Below, in pieces: positions 52,660 to 64,000 of a stretch of DNA of 64,000 nt (position 1 is its first letter; every line of letters begins with the position of its first letter). The translations under genes and the position numbers were made by a program. The stretch is from Antedon mediterranea (taxonomy: Eukaryota > Animalia > Echinodermata), in NCBI RefSeq assembly GCF_964355755.1, contig NC_092677.1, positions 10,066,101 to 10,130,100 of the forward strand, in the 5' to 3' direction. The notes below the pieces were generated by a model. The model ran no database searches, was not told the DNA's origin, and saw only the letters and a list, made by a program, of their open reading frames with translations.

Positions 52660-52785
52660 CAGTAAACCCCTATCAAGGGTACACACCTTTGAGACCCAAC
52701 AAAGTGTCCCTTTTAACTGGGTCCTCCCCAGAATACCGATGATTTAACCATTCTGTTAAATTCCCTGGAATAGGAGTTCTACTGT
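52660..52785. mobile_element. Tc1/pogo-like MITE (GGGGTGTCCC family; relatives at ~14150-14245, 29720-29940, 40060-40210, 50940-51525)
   Basis: TA|CAGTAAACCCCTAT ... ATAGGAGTTCTACTG|TA; shared GTGTCCCCTGAATAG motifs across copies. Confidence 0.55.
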
Positions 52786-54281
52786 ATAGCAATGATTAAA
52801 AATTTTTTTTTTAAACTGTATAAAAATAACAATTTTTTTTTCTCAATACAGTACAGTTTTTTGTAGATCTAATTTTTAAATCATGGGTTTATTATTTTTT
52901 AGTAAAAGGAGGGAGCAATTGCCACTTCCTGGTAAAACTCTACATTTTACATTTTATCAAGCATGATTGAACAGGGTGGGGGGGGGGGGGGGAGTTCTCC
53001 AAACTGGAATACCCAATTAAATTGGCTCTGTGGCAACCATTATTTTTTTAAGGTATTCAATTTCAGACTTATTTTATCATGTGTATTCTGAAAACTGCCC
53101 ATGATGATTTCTATAAATTGTACCTAATATGGTAAATACTATGAATATATTACATTACATAATTTGCATATAATGTAAAAATTATAGGAAATAAATAACG
53201 AACAAAAGTATTACAAAGAATTGTTTATATTTGACACATTATGAGTATACATTATTTCATTGATAAGCTCTGACTACACTAACTAGTTTGACAAACAAAG
53301 TGTGATGTGCCAAAATATGGTAGTGATAATATGACATCAGACATCATGTCCATATTTGGGCACATCACATTTTTTAGTCACATAAAGTTTGAAAGTGTAG
53401 ACAGAGCTTTAAAAAGTATTTTACTAATAAGCTCTGTCAGACTTTATGAGACAAAACAAATGTGATGCCCATGTACAGTATGGAAACGATGATGTCATAT
53501 TTCTACCATATTTGGGCACATCATATTTTGTTGTCCTATACAGTTTGATAGTGTAGATAGTAGTCAAACAATGCAATATTATATATGATATATAGCAATT
53601 TGTATAATCATTGCATCACAATACTTTTCAGCGGATGATTTACAGTGGAATCTACTTTCCTTACTATCTTCACACCCCCAATCCCAGGCCTTCACACCCC
53701 AAATCCATTCGCACACAATTTCCTGTATTAACTTGACCCATACTGAAATCAACACTCAACACCTTTGTCATATGTGTGATGTCTAAGTTGTCAATATCAA
53801 TCAATTAAATATCCAGGCTGAATTATTTATTATGAATAATTCATGAGATTAATTATGAAATAAATTAGGACATTATAGGGGGTGCTAAATAAGCATGGAC
53901 AGAGATCAAATATGTGTCTGAAGCTCATCATCGCATTGCATCGCACTTTTTTTGGTCAAACTAGTTTGATAGTGCTTTACGCTTTGTCTACACAATAAAA
54001 AAAATGTGATGTGCCCATATATGGACACGATGATGTCATATTACTACCATATTTGGGCACATCACATTTTTTGTTGTCAAACTTTTTTGATAGAGTGTAG
54101 ACAGAGATTTAGTTTAGGACAGTTTTACAGTCACTATTATAGGTACTGGGCAGGAAATATTTTACTCAATTCACATGAGGTCTTTGCTTGCATATGTCCA
54201 GAGTGTATTGTACATTAATAATTAATATAAATAGTGTCTATACTATGATTGACACAGAAAGGATACCAAGCCTCATCAGTA

Positions 54282-54686
54282 TCAACTTTCCTCATCTTCG
54301 TCTTCTCCAAATGAGAGGAGTGAATTGTTTTTTACTTTCTTTATCTTGCTTTTATCTTTGTCTTTTTTCTTCTTTGTTGTGCTGTTCATTTCGGACTCGT
54401 CATTCTTTCGTTTTGTTGGCTTCTTGAATACTATTTTTCCATCACCTAAAAAAGATTTAAAAATGTATTAATTTGTTTTGATAGAAATAATGAAAATTAG
54501 TCCCATAATATTTAAATAATATACAAACTTATACCACTCATTGCTTATACCTCTTTCTTTTTCTTTGATAAAATCATCTACTTCTTCTTGACTAATTTTA
54601 CTATTTTCAGGCATCACGATCACTGGTTTTTCATCTTGTTCTTCTGGTCTGTCGTCAAAGTCCTCTAAACCTTCCAATAAAGCCTT
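54282..54686 (-). CDS. KIAA1143: KIAA1143 (DUF4604) homologue, last two coding exons; first exon not seen in window
   Basis: Exon 54551-54686 (KALLEGLEDFDDRPEEQDEKPVIVMPENSKISQEEV) and 54282-54445 (GDGKIVFKKPTKRK...KVKNNSLLSFGEDEDEES*), phase 1 junction; matches the family's DEQPQVVV, DGRIIYRKP and KNSSLLSF motifs. Confidence 0.85.
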
Positions 54687-54705
54687 CTAAAAAAACAAGT
54701 TAATT

Positions 54706-54960
54706 GAGCGCCGTGAAGTTGGTTACTTATTCCTTATTCGACATTCGTCAATGGAAGTTGGTTCCTTATTCGACGTTCGACATTCGCTAGGCTAGGCCAA
54801 AATTTCAAAAATGATAATTTCCCAGCGGTAAATATGCCGTGCGCCACCAACCAATCTCCTGCTGTTACTTATTCCCTATTCGACATTCATTCGTGAAGTT
54901 GGTTCCTTATTCGACGTTCGCTAGGCCGCGGCCGACCGGCTGGCCCAAATTCGTACCAAA
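54706..54960. repeat. Short-repeat terminal domain preceding the satellite (GAAGTTGGTT[AC]CTTATT, TTATTCGAC[AG]TTC)
   Basis: Three to five copies of the motifs; begins AATT|GAGCGCCG. Confidence 0.65.
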
Positions 54961-54999
54961 GTAGACCTAGTGTAGATGTACCTATTTTATCACAGATTT

Positions 55000-57900
55000 A
55001 CATTTTTTAGTTCCGATATTACGACCATACCAACGCCTCGGGCCGGGTTCACAATAGTATAGATTGACGTAGTATGGTCCTGGAATTCCAGAAATGTGCC
55101 ACTTGCCCCGACCCAGATCGGGCAAGTACGGATTTTAAAGCAATTTAAAATGCGTATTTTTAGCATTAATTTAGTAAACACCACTTTTTAAAGTGGCCAT
55201 ATGACCACACACCGACGCCTCGCGTCGGGTACACAATAGTATAGACTGACGTAGTATGGTCCTGGCATTCCAGAAATGTGCCACCTGCCCCGGCCCAGTG
55301 CGGGCAAGTACGTGTTTTAAAGCAATTTCAAATGCGTATTTTTAGCAATAATTTACTAAGAATTAATAGCACCACTTTTAAAGTGGCCACATGACCACAC
55401 CCCGACGCCTCGGACCGGGTTCACGATAGTATAGATTGACGTAGAATAAATGGTCCTGGCATTCCAGAAATGTGCCACTTGCCCCGGCCCAGTGCGGGCA
55501 AGTACGTGTTTTAAAGCAATTTAAAATGCGTATTTTTAGCATTAATTTAGTAAACACAACTTTTTTAAAGTGGCCATATGACCACACCCCGACGCATCGG
55601 GCCGGGTACACAAATAGTATAGATTGACGTAGTATGGTCCTGGCATTCCAGAAATGTGCCACCTGCCCCGGCCGGCCCAGTGCGTGCAAGTACGTGTTTT
55701 AAAGCAATTTCAAATGCGTATTTTTAGCAAAAATTTACTAAGAATTAATAGCACAACTTTTAAAGTGGCCATATGACCACACCCCGACGCCTCGGGTCGG
55801 GTTCACAATAGTATAGATTGATGTAGAATGGTCCTGGCATTCCTTAAATGGGCCACTTGCCTCGGCCAAGTGCGGGCAAGTAAGTGTTTAAAAGCAATTT
55901 CAAATGCGTATTTTTAGCATTAATTTACTAAGAATTAATAGCACCACATTTAAAGTGGCCATATGACCACACCCCGACGCCTCGGGCCGGGAACACAATA
56001 GTATAGATTGACATAGTATGGTCCTGGCATTCCAGAAATATGCCACTTGCCCCGGCCCAGTGCGGGCAAGTACGGATTTTAAAGCAATTTAAAATGCGTA
56101 TTTTTAGCATTAATTTAGTAAACACCACTTTTAAAGTGGCCATATGACCACACCCCGACGCCTCGGGCCGGGTACACAATAGTATAGATTGACGTAGTAT
56201 GGTCCTGACTTTCCAGAAATGTGTCACTTGCCCCGGCCCAGTGCGGGCAAGTACGTGTTTAAAAGCAATTTCAAATGCGTATTTTTAGCATTAATTTACT
56301 AAGAATTAATAGCACCACTTTTAAAGTGGCCATATGACCACACCCCAACGCCTCGGGCCGGGAACACAATAGTATAGATTGACGTAGAATGGTCCTGGCA
56401 TTCCAGAAATGTGCCACTTGCCCCGGCCCAGTGCGGGCAAGTACGGATTTTAAAGCAATTTAAAATGCGTATTTTTAGCATTAATTTAGTAAACACCACT
56501 TTTAAAGTGGCCATATGACCACACCCCGACGCCTCGGGCCGGGTACACAATAGTATAGATTGACGTAGTATGGTCCTGGCTTTCCAGAAATGTGCCACTT
56601 GCCCCGGCCCAGTGCGGGCAAGTACGTGTTTAAAAGCAATTTCAAATGCGTATTTTTAGCATTAATTTACTAAGAATTAATAGCACCACATTTAAAGTGG
56701 CCATATGACCACACCCCGACGCCTCGGGCCGGGAACACAATAGTATAGATTAACGTAGTATGGTCCTGGCATTCCAGAAATATGCCACTTGCCCCGGCCC
56801 AGTGCGGGCAAGTACGGATTTTAAAGCAATTTAAAATGCGTATTTTTAGCATTAATTTAGTAAACACCACTTTTAAAGTGGCCATATGACCACACCCCGA
56901 CGCCTCGGGCCGGGTACACAATAGTATAGATTGACGTAGTATGGTCCTGGCTTTCCAGAAATGTGCCACTTGCCCCGGCCCAGTGCGGGCAAGTACGGAT
57001 TTTAAAGCAATTTAAAATGCGTGTTTTTAGTGTTATTTTACTAAGTATTAATAGCACCACTTTTAAAGTGGCAATATGACCACACTCCGACGCCTCGGGC
57101 CGGATTCACAATAGTATGGATTGACGTAGAATGGTCCGGATATTCCAGAAATGTGCCACTTGCCCCGGCCCAGTGCGGGCAAGTACGTGTTTTAAAGCAA
57201 TTTAAAATGCGAATTTTTAGTGTTATTTTACTAAGTATTAATAGCACCACTTTTAAAGTGGCCATATGACCACACCCCGACACCTTGGGCCGGGTACACA
57301 ATAATATAGATTGACGTAGTATGGTCCTGGCATTCCAGAAATGTGCCACTTGCCCCGGCCCAGTGCGGGCAAGTACGGGTTTTAAAGCAATTTAAAATGC
57401 GTATTTTTAGTGTTATTTTACTAAGTATTAATAGCACCCCACTTTTAAAGTGGCAATATGACCACACCCCGACGCCTCGGGCCGGGTACACAATAGTATA
57501 GATTGACGTAGTATGGTCCTGACTTTCCAGAAATGTGCCACTTGCCCCGGCCCAGTGCGGTCAAGTACGTGTTTAAAAGCAATTTCAAATGCGTATTTTT
57601 AGCATTAATTTACTAAGAATTAATAGCACCACATTTAAAGTGGCCATATGACCACACCCCAACGCCTCGGGCCGGGAACACAATAGTATAGATTGACGTA
57701 GAATGGTCCTGGCATTCCAGAAATGTGCCACTTGCCCCGGCCCAGTGCGGGCAAGTACGGATTTTAAAGCAATTTAAAATGCGTATTTTTAGCATTAATT
57801 TAGTAAACACCACTTTTAAAGTGGCCATATGACCACACCCCGACGCCTCGGGCCGGGTACACAATAGTATAGATTGACGTAGTATGGTCCTGGCTTTCCA

Positions 57901-60900
57901 GAAATGTGCCACTTGCCCCGGCCCAGTGCGGGCAAGTACGGATTTTAAAGCAATTTAAAATGCGTGTTTTTAGTGTTATTTTACTAAGTATTAATAGCAC
58001 CACTTTTAAAGTGGCAATATGACCACACTCCGACGCCTCGAGCCGGATTCACAATAGTATGGATTGACGTAGTATGGTCCTGGCTTTCCAGAAATGTGCC
58101 ACTTGCCCCGGCCCAGTGTGGGCAAGTACGGATTTTAAAGCAATTTAAAATGCGTATTTTTGGTGTTATTTTACTAAGTATTAATAGCACCACTTTTAAA
58201 GTGGCCATGACCACACCCCGACGCCTCGGGCCGGGTACACAATAATATAGATTGACGTAGTATGGTCCTGGCATTCCAGAAATGTGACACTTGCCCCGGC
58301 CCAGTGCGGGCAAGTACGGGTTTTAAAGCAATTTAAAATGCGTATTTTTAGTGTTATTTTACTAAGTATTAATAGCACCACTTTTAAAGTGGCAATATGA
58401 CCACACCCCGACGCCTCGGGCCGGTACACAATAGTATAGATTGACGTAGTATGGTCCTGGCTTTCCAGAAATGTGCCACTTGCCCCGGCCCAGTGCGGGC
58501 GAGTACGGATTTTAAAGCAATTTAAAATGCGTATTTTTGGGATTAATTTAGTAAACACCACTTTTAAAGTGGCCATATGACCACACCCCGACGCATCGGG
58601 CCGGGTACACAATGGTATAGATTGACGTAGTATGGTCCTGGCTTTCCAGAAATGTGCCACTTGCCCCGGCCCAGTGCGGGCAAGTACGGATTTTAAAGCA
58701 ATTTAAAATGCGTGTTTTTAGTGTTATTTTACTAAGTATTAATAGCACCACTTTTAAAGTGGCAATATGACCACACTCCGACGCCTCGAGCCGGATTCAC
58801 AATAGTATGGATTGACGTAGTATGGTCCTGGCTTTCCAGAAATGTGCCACTTGCCCCGGCCCAGTGTGGGCAAGTACGGATTTTAAAGCAATTTAAAATG
58901 CGTATTTTTGGTGTTATTTTACTAAGTATTAATAGCACCACTTTTAAAGTGGCCATGACCACACCCCGACGCCTCGGGCCGGGTACACAATAATATAGAT
59001 TGACGTAGTATGGTCCTGGCATTCCAGAAATGTGACACTTGCCCCGGCCCAGTGCGGGCAAGTACGGGTTTTAAAGCAATTTAAAATGCGTATTTTTAGT
59101 GTTATTTTACTAAGTATTAATAGCACCACTTTTAAAGTGGCAATATGACCACACCCCGACGCCTCGGGCCGGTACACAATAGTATAGATTGACGTAGTAT
59201 GGTCCTGGCTTTCCAGAAATGTGCCACTTGCCCCGGCCCAGTGCGGGCGAGTACGGATTTTAAAGCAATTTAAAATGCGTATTTTTGGGATTAATTTAGT
59301 AAACACCACTTTTAAAGTGGCCATATGACCACACCCCGACGCATCGGGCCGGGTACACAATGGTATAGATTGACGTAGTATGGTCCTGGCATTCCAGAAA
59401 TGTGCCACCTGCCCTGGCCCAGTGCGTGCAAGTACGTGTTTTAAAGCAATTTCAAATGCGTATTTTTAGCAAAAATTTACTAAGAATTAATAGCACCACT
59501 TTTAAAGTGGCCATATGACCACACCCCGACGCCTCGGGTCGGGTTCACAATAGTATAGATTGATGTAGAATGGTCCTGGCATTCCATAAATGTGCCACTT
59601 GCCCCGGCCCAGTGCGGGCAAGTAAGTGTTTAAAAGCAATTTCAAATGCGTATTTTTAGCATTAATTTACTAAGAATTAATAGCACCACATTTAAAGTGG
59701 CCATATGACCACACCCCGACGCCTCGGGCCGGGAACACAATAGTATAGATTGACGTAGTATGGTCCTGGCATTCCAGAAATATGCCACTTGCCCCGGCCC
59801 AGTGCGGGCAAGTACGAATTTTAAAGCAATTTAAAATGCGTATTTTTAGCATTAATTTAGTAAAAACCACTTTTAAAGTGGCCATATGACCACACCCCGA
59901 CGCCTCGGGCCGGGTACACAATAGTATAGATTGACGTAGTATGGTCCTGACTTTCCAGAAATGTGCCACTTGCCCCGGCCCAGTGCGGGCAAGTACGTGT
60001 TTAAAAGCAATTTCAAATACGTATTTTTAGCATTAATTTACTAAGAATTAATAGCACCACTTTTAAAGTGGCCATATGACCACACCCCAACGCCTCAGGC
60101 CGGGAACACAATAGTATAGATTGACGTAGAATGGTCCTGGCATTCCAGAAATGTGCCAGTTGCCCCGGCCCAGTGCGGGCAAGTACGGATTTTAAAGCAA
60201 TTTAAAATGCGTATTTTTAGCATTAATTTAGTAAACACCACTTTAAAGTGGCCATATGACCACACCCCGACGCCTCGGGCCGGGTACACAATAGTATAGA
60301 TTGACGTAGTATGGCCCTGGCTTTCCAGAAATGTGCCATTTGCCCCGGCCCAGTGCGGGCAAGTACGTGTTTTAAAGCATTTTAAAATGCGTATTTTTAG
60401 TGTTATTTTACTAAGTATTAATAGCACCACTTTTAAAGTGGCCATATGACCACACCCCGACGCCTCGGGCCGGGTACACAATAATATAGATTGACGTAGT
60501 ATGGTCCTGGCATTCCAGAAATGTGCCACTTGTCCCGGCCCAGTGCGGGCAAGTACGGGTTTTAAAGCAATTTAAAATGCGTATTTTTAGTGTTATTTTA
60601 CTAAGTATTAAAAGCACCACTTTTAAAGTGGCAATATGACCACACCCCGACGCCTCGGGCCGGGTACACAATAGTATAGATTGACGTAGTATGGTCCTGG
60701 CTTTCCAGAAATGTGCCACTTGCCCCGGCCCAGTGCGGGCAAGTACGGATTTTAAAGCAATTTAAAATGCGTATTTTTAGCATTAATTTAGTAAACACCA
60801 CTTTTAAAGTGGCCATAATTATGACCACACCCCGACGCCTCGGGTCGGGTTCACAATAGTATAGATTGATGTAGAATGGTCCTGGCATTCCATAAACGTG

Positions 60901-63190
60901 CCACTTGCCCCGGCCCAGTGCGGGCAAGTACGTGTTTAAAAGCAATTTCAAATGCGTATTTTTAGCATTAATTTACTAAGAATTAATAGCACCACTTTTA
61001 AAGTGGCCATATGACCACACCCCAACGCCTCGGGCCGAGAACACAATAGTATAGATTGACGTAGAATGGTCCTGGCATTCCAGAAATGTGCCACTTGCCC
61101 CGGCCCAGTGCGGGCAAGTACGGATTTTAAAGCAATTTAAAATGCGTATTTTTAGCATTAATTTAGTAAACACCACTTTTAAAGTGGCCATATGACCACA
61201 CCCCGACGCCTCGGGCCGGGTACACAATAGTATAGATTGACGTAGTATGGTCCTGGCTTTCCAGAAATGTGCCACTTGCCCCGGCCCAGTGCGGGCAAGT
61301 ACGTGTTTAAAAGCAATTTCAAATGCGTATTTTTAGCATTAATTTACTAAGAATTAATAGCACCACATTTAAAGTGGCCATATGACCACACCCCGACGCC
61401 TCGGGCCGGGAACACAATAGTATAGATTAACGTAGTATGGTCCTGGCATTCCAGAAATATGCCACTTGCCCCGGCCCAGTGCGGGCAAGTACGGATTTTA
61501 AAGCAATTTAAAATGCGTATTTTTAGCATTAATTTAGTAAACACCACTTTTAAAGTGGCCATATGACCACACCCCGACGCCTCGGGCCGGGTACACAATA
61601 GTATAGATTGACGTAGTATGGTCCTGGCTTTCCAGAAATGTGCCACTTGCCCCGGCCCAGTGCGGGCAAGTACGGATTTTAAAGCAATTTAAAATGCGTG
61701 TTTTTAGTGTTATTTTACTAAGTATTAATAGCACCACTTTTAAAGTGGCAATATGACCACACTCCGACGCCTCGGGCCGGATTCACAATAGTATGGATTG
61801 ACGTAGAATGGTCCGGACATTCCAGAAATGTGCCACTTGCCCCGGCCCAGTGCGGGCAAGTACGTGTTTTAAAGCAATTTAAAATGCGAATTTTTAGTGT
61901 TATTTTACTAAGTATTAATAGCACCACTTTTAAAGTGGCCATATGACCACACCCCGACGCCTTGGGCCGGGTACACAATAATATAGATTGACGTAGTATG
62001 GTCCTGGCATTCCAGAAATGTGCCACTTGCCCCGGCCCAGTGCGGGCAAGTACGGGTTTTAAAGCAATTTAAAATGCGTATTTTTAGTGTTATTTTACTA
62101 AGTATTAATAGCACCCCACTTTTAAAGTGGCAATATGACCACACCCCGACGCCTCGGGCCGGGTACACAATAGTATAGATTGACGTAGTATGGTCCTGAC
62201 TTTCCAGAAATGTGCCACTTGCCCCGGCCCAGTGCGGTCAAGTACGTGTTTAAAAGCAATTTCAAATGCGTATTTTTAGCATTAATTTACTAAGAATTAA
62301 TAGCACCACATTTAAAGTGGCCATATGACCACACCCCAACGCCTCGGGCCGGGAACACAATAGTATAGATTGACGTAGAATGGTCCTGGCATTCCAGAAA
62401 TGTGCCACTTGCCCCGGCCCAGTGCGGGCAAGTACGGATTTTAAAGCAATTTAAAATGCGTATTTTTAGCATTAATTTAGTAAACACCACTTTTAAAGTG
62501 GCCATATGACCACACCCCGACGCCTCGGGCCGGGTACACAATAGTATAGATTGACGTAGTATGGTCCTGGCTTTCCAGAAATGTGCCACTTGCCCCGGCC
62601 CAGTGCGGGCAAGTACGGATTTTAAAGCAATTTAAAATGCGTGTTTTTAGTGTTATTTTACTAAGTATTAATAGCACCACTTTTAAAGTGGCCATTTGAC
62701 CACACCCCGACGCCTCAGGCCGGATACACAATAGTATAGATTGACGTAGTATGGTCCTGGCTTTCCAGAAATGTGCCACTTGCAACGGCCCAGTGCGGGC
62801 AAGTACGGATTTTAAAGCAATTTAAAATGCGTATTTTTAGCATTAATTTAGTAAACACCAGTTTTAAAGTGGCCATGACCACACCCCGACGCCTCGGGTC
62901 GGGTTCACAATAGTATAGATTGATGTAGAATGGTCCTAGCATTCCATAAATGTGCCACTTGCCCCGGTGCGGGAAAGTACGTGTTTAAAAGCAATTTCAA
63001 ATGCGTATTTTTAGCATTAATTTACTAAGAATTAAAAGCACCACATTTAAAGTGGCCATAATGACCACACCCCGACGCCTCGGGCCGGGTACACAATAGT
63101 ATAGATTGACGTAGTATGGTCCTGGCATTGCAGAAATGTGCCACTTGCCCCGGCCCAGTGCGGGTAAAATGCGTATTTTTAGCATTAATT
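55000..63190 (-). repeat. ~187-bp satellite array, left arm (about 44 units) with higher-order repeats
   Basis: Unit ...CCACTTTTAAAGTGGCCATATGACCACACCCCGACGCCTCGGGCCGGGTACACAATAGTATAGATTGACGTAGTATGGTCCTGGCATTCCAGAAATGTGCCACTTGCCCCGGCCCAGTGCGGGCAAGT...; ORF-track periodicities 371, 748 and 4677 bp. Confidence 0.97.
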
Positions 63191-63204
63191 AACTAACATT
63201 AATT

Positions 63205-64000
63205 AACAGGACCATACTACGTCAATCTATACTATCGTGAACCCGACCCGAGGCGTCGGTGTGTGGTCATAATGGCCACTTTAAAAGTGGTGTTTACTAA
63301 ATTAATGCTAAAAATACGCATTTTAAATTGCTTTAAAACACGTACTTGCCCGCACTGGGCCGGGGCACATTTCTGGAATTCCAGGACCATAGTACGTCAA
63401 TCTATACTATTATATACCCGGCCCGAGGCGTCGGGGTGTGGTCATATGGCCACTTTAAATGTGGTGCTATTAATTCTTAGTAAATTAATGATAAAAATAC
63501 GCATTTTAAATTGCTTTAAAACACGTACTTGCCAACACTGGGCCGGGGCAAGTGGCACATTTATGGAATGCCAGGACCATTCTACATCAATCTATACTAT
63601 TGTGAACCCGACCCGGGGCGTCGGGGTGTGGTCATATGGCCACTTTAAAAGTGGTGTTTACTAAATTAATGCTAAAAATACGCATTTTAAATTGCTTTAA
63701 AATCCGTACTTGCCCGAACTGGGCCGGGGCAAGTGGCACTTTTCTGGAAAGCCAGGACCATACTACGTCAATCTATACTATTGTGTACCCGACCTGAGGC
63801 GTCGGGGTGTGGTCATATGGCCACTTTTAAAGTGGTGCTATTATAATACTTAGTAAAATAACACTAAAAAGACGCATTTTAAATTGCTTTAAAACCCGTA
63901 CTTGCCCACACTGGGCTGGGGCAAGTAGCACATTTCTGGAATGCCAGGACCATACTACGTCAATCTATACTATTGTGTACCCGGTCCGGGGCGTCTGGGT
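63205..64000 (+). repeat. Same satellite in inverted orientation, runs off the right edge
   Basis: CAGGACCATACTACGTCAATCTATACTA... is the reverse complement of the left-arm unit; ORF 63263 (+) mirrors the minus-strand ORFs. Confidence 0.95.

Noticed and set aside
54990-63664. About 30 ORFs of 60-154 aa in the satellite
   Set aside because: Frame-shuffled translations of the same tandem unit with frequent indels and no recognisable domain.

Overview
AT-rich, intron-rich eukaryotic (metazoan, probably marine invertebrate) genomic DNA, not prokaryotic, so most short ORFs in the supplied track are exon fragments or repeat artefacts. Host genes reconstructed by hand from GT-AG boundaries and reading-frame phase: RBFA (minus, runs off the left edge), SS18 (plus), a galactose-3-O-sulfotransferase (minus), two tandem divergent NTF2 paralogues (minus), a 28-exon TRAPPC8 (plus, with a U12-type intron) and the last two exons of a KIAA1143 homologue (minus). 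The most striking object is an 8,982-bp hAT transposon (2739-11720, perfect 8-bp TSD CAAAGAAT) inserted in the RBFA/SS18 bidirectional promoter. Its exons splice in frame into one ORF of about 1,070 codons: an OTU deubiquitinase-like domain with Asp/Cys/His motifs, an acidic linker built from 12 phase-1 micro-exons (11 in one tandem exon+intron family), a zinc finger and an apparently intact DDE transposase. Other notable structure: a three-layer TE nest in a TRAPPC8 intron (inverted repeat > Helitron-like > Kolobok-like), a CAG..CTG element with a 5-bp TSD and 3x372-bp internal repeat, and a >9-kb ~187-bp satellite with higher-order repeats that flips orientation at ~63.2 kb, upstream of KIAA1143 exon 2. 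All protein identities come from recalled motifs; no database search was run.
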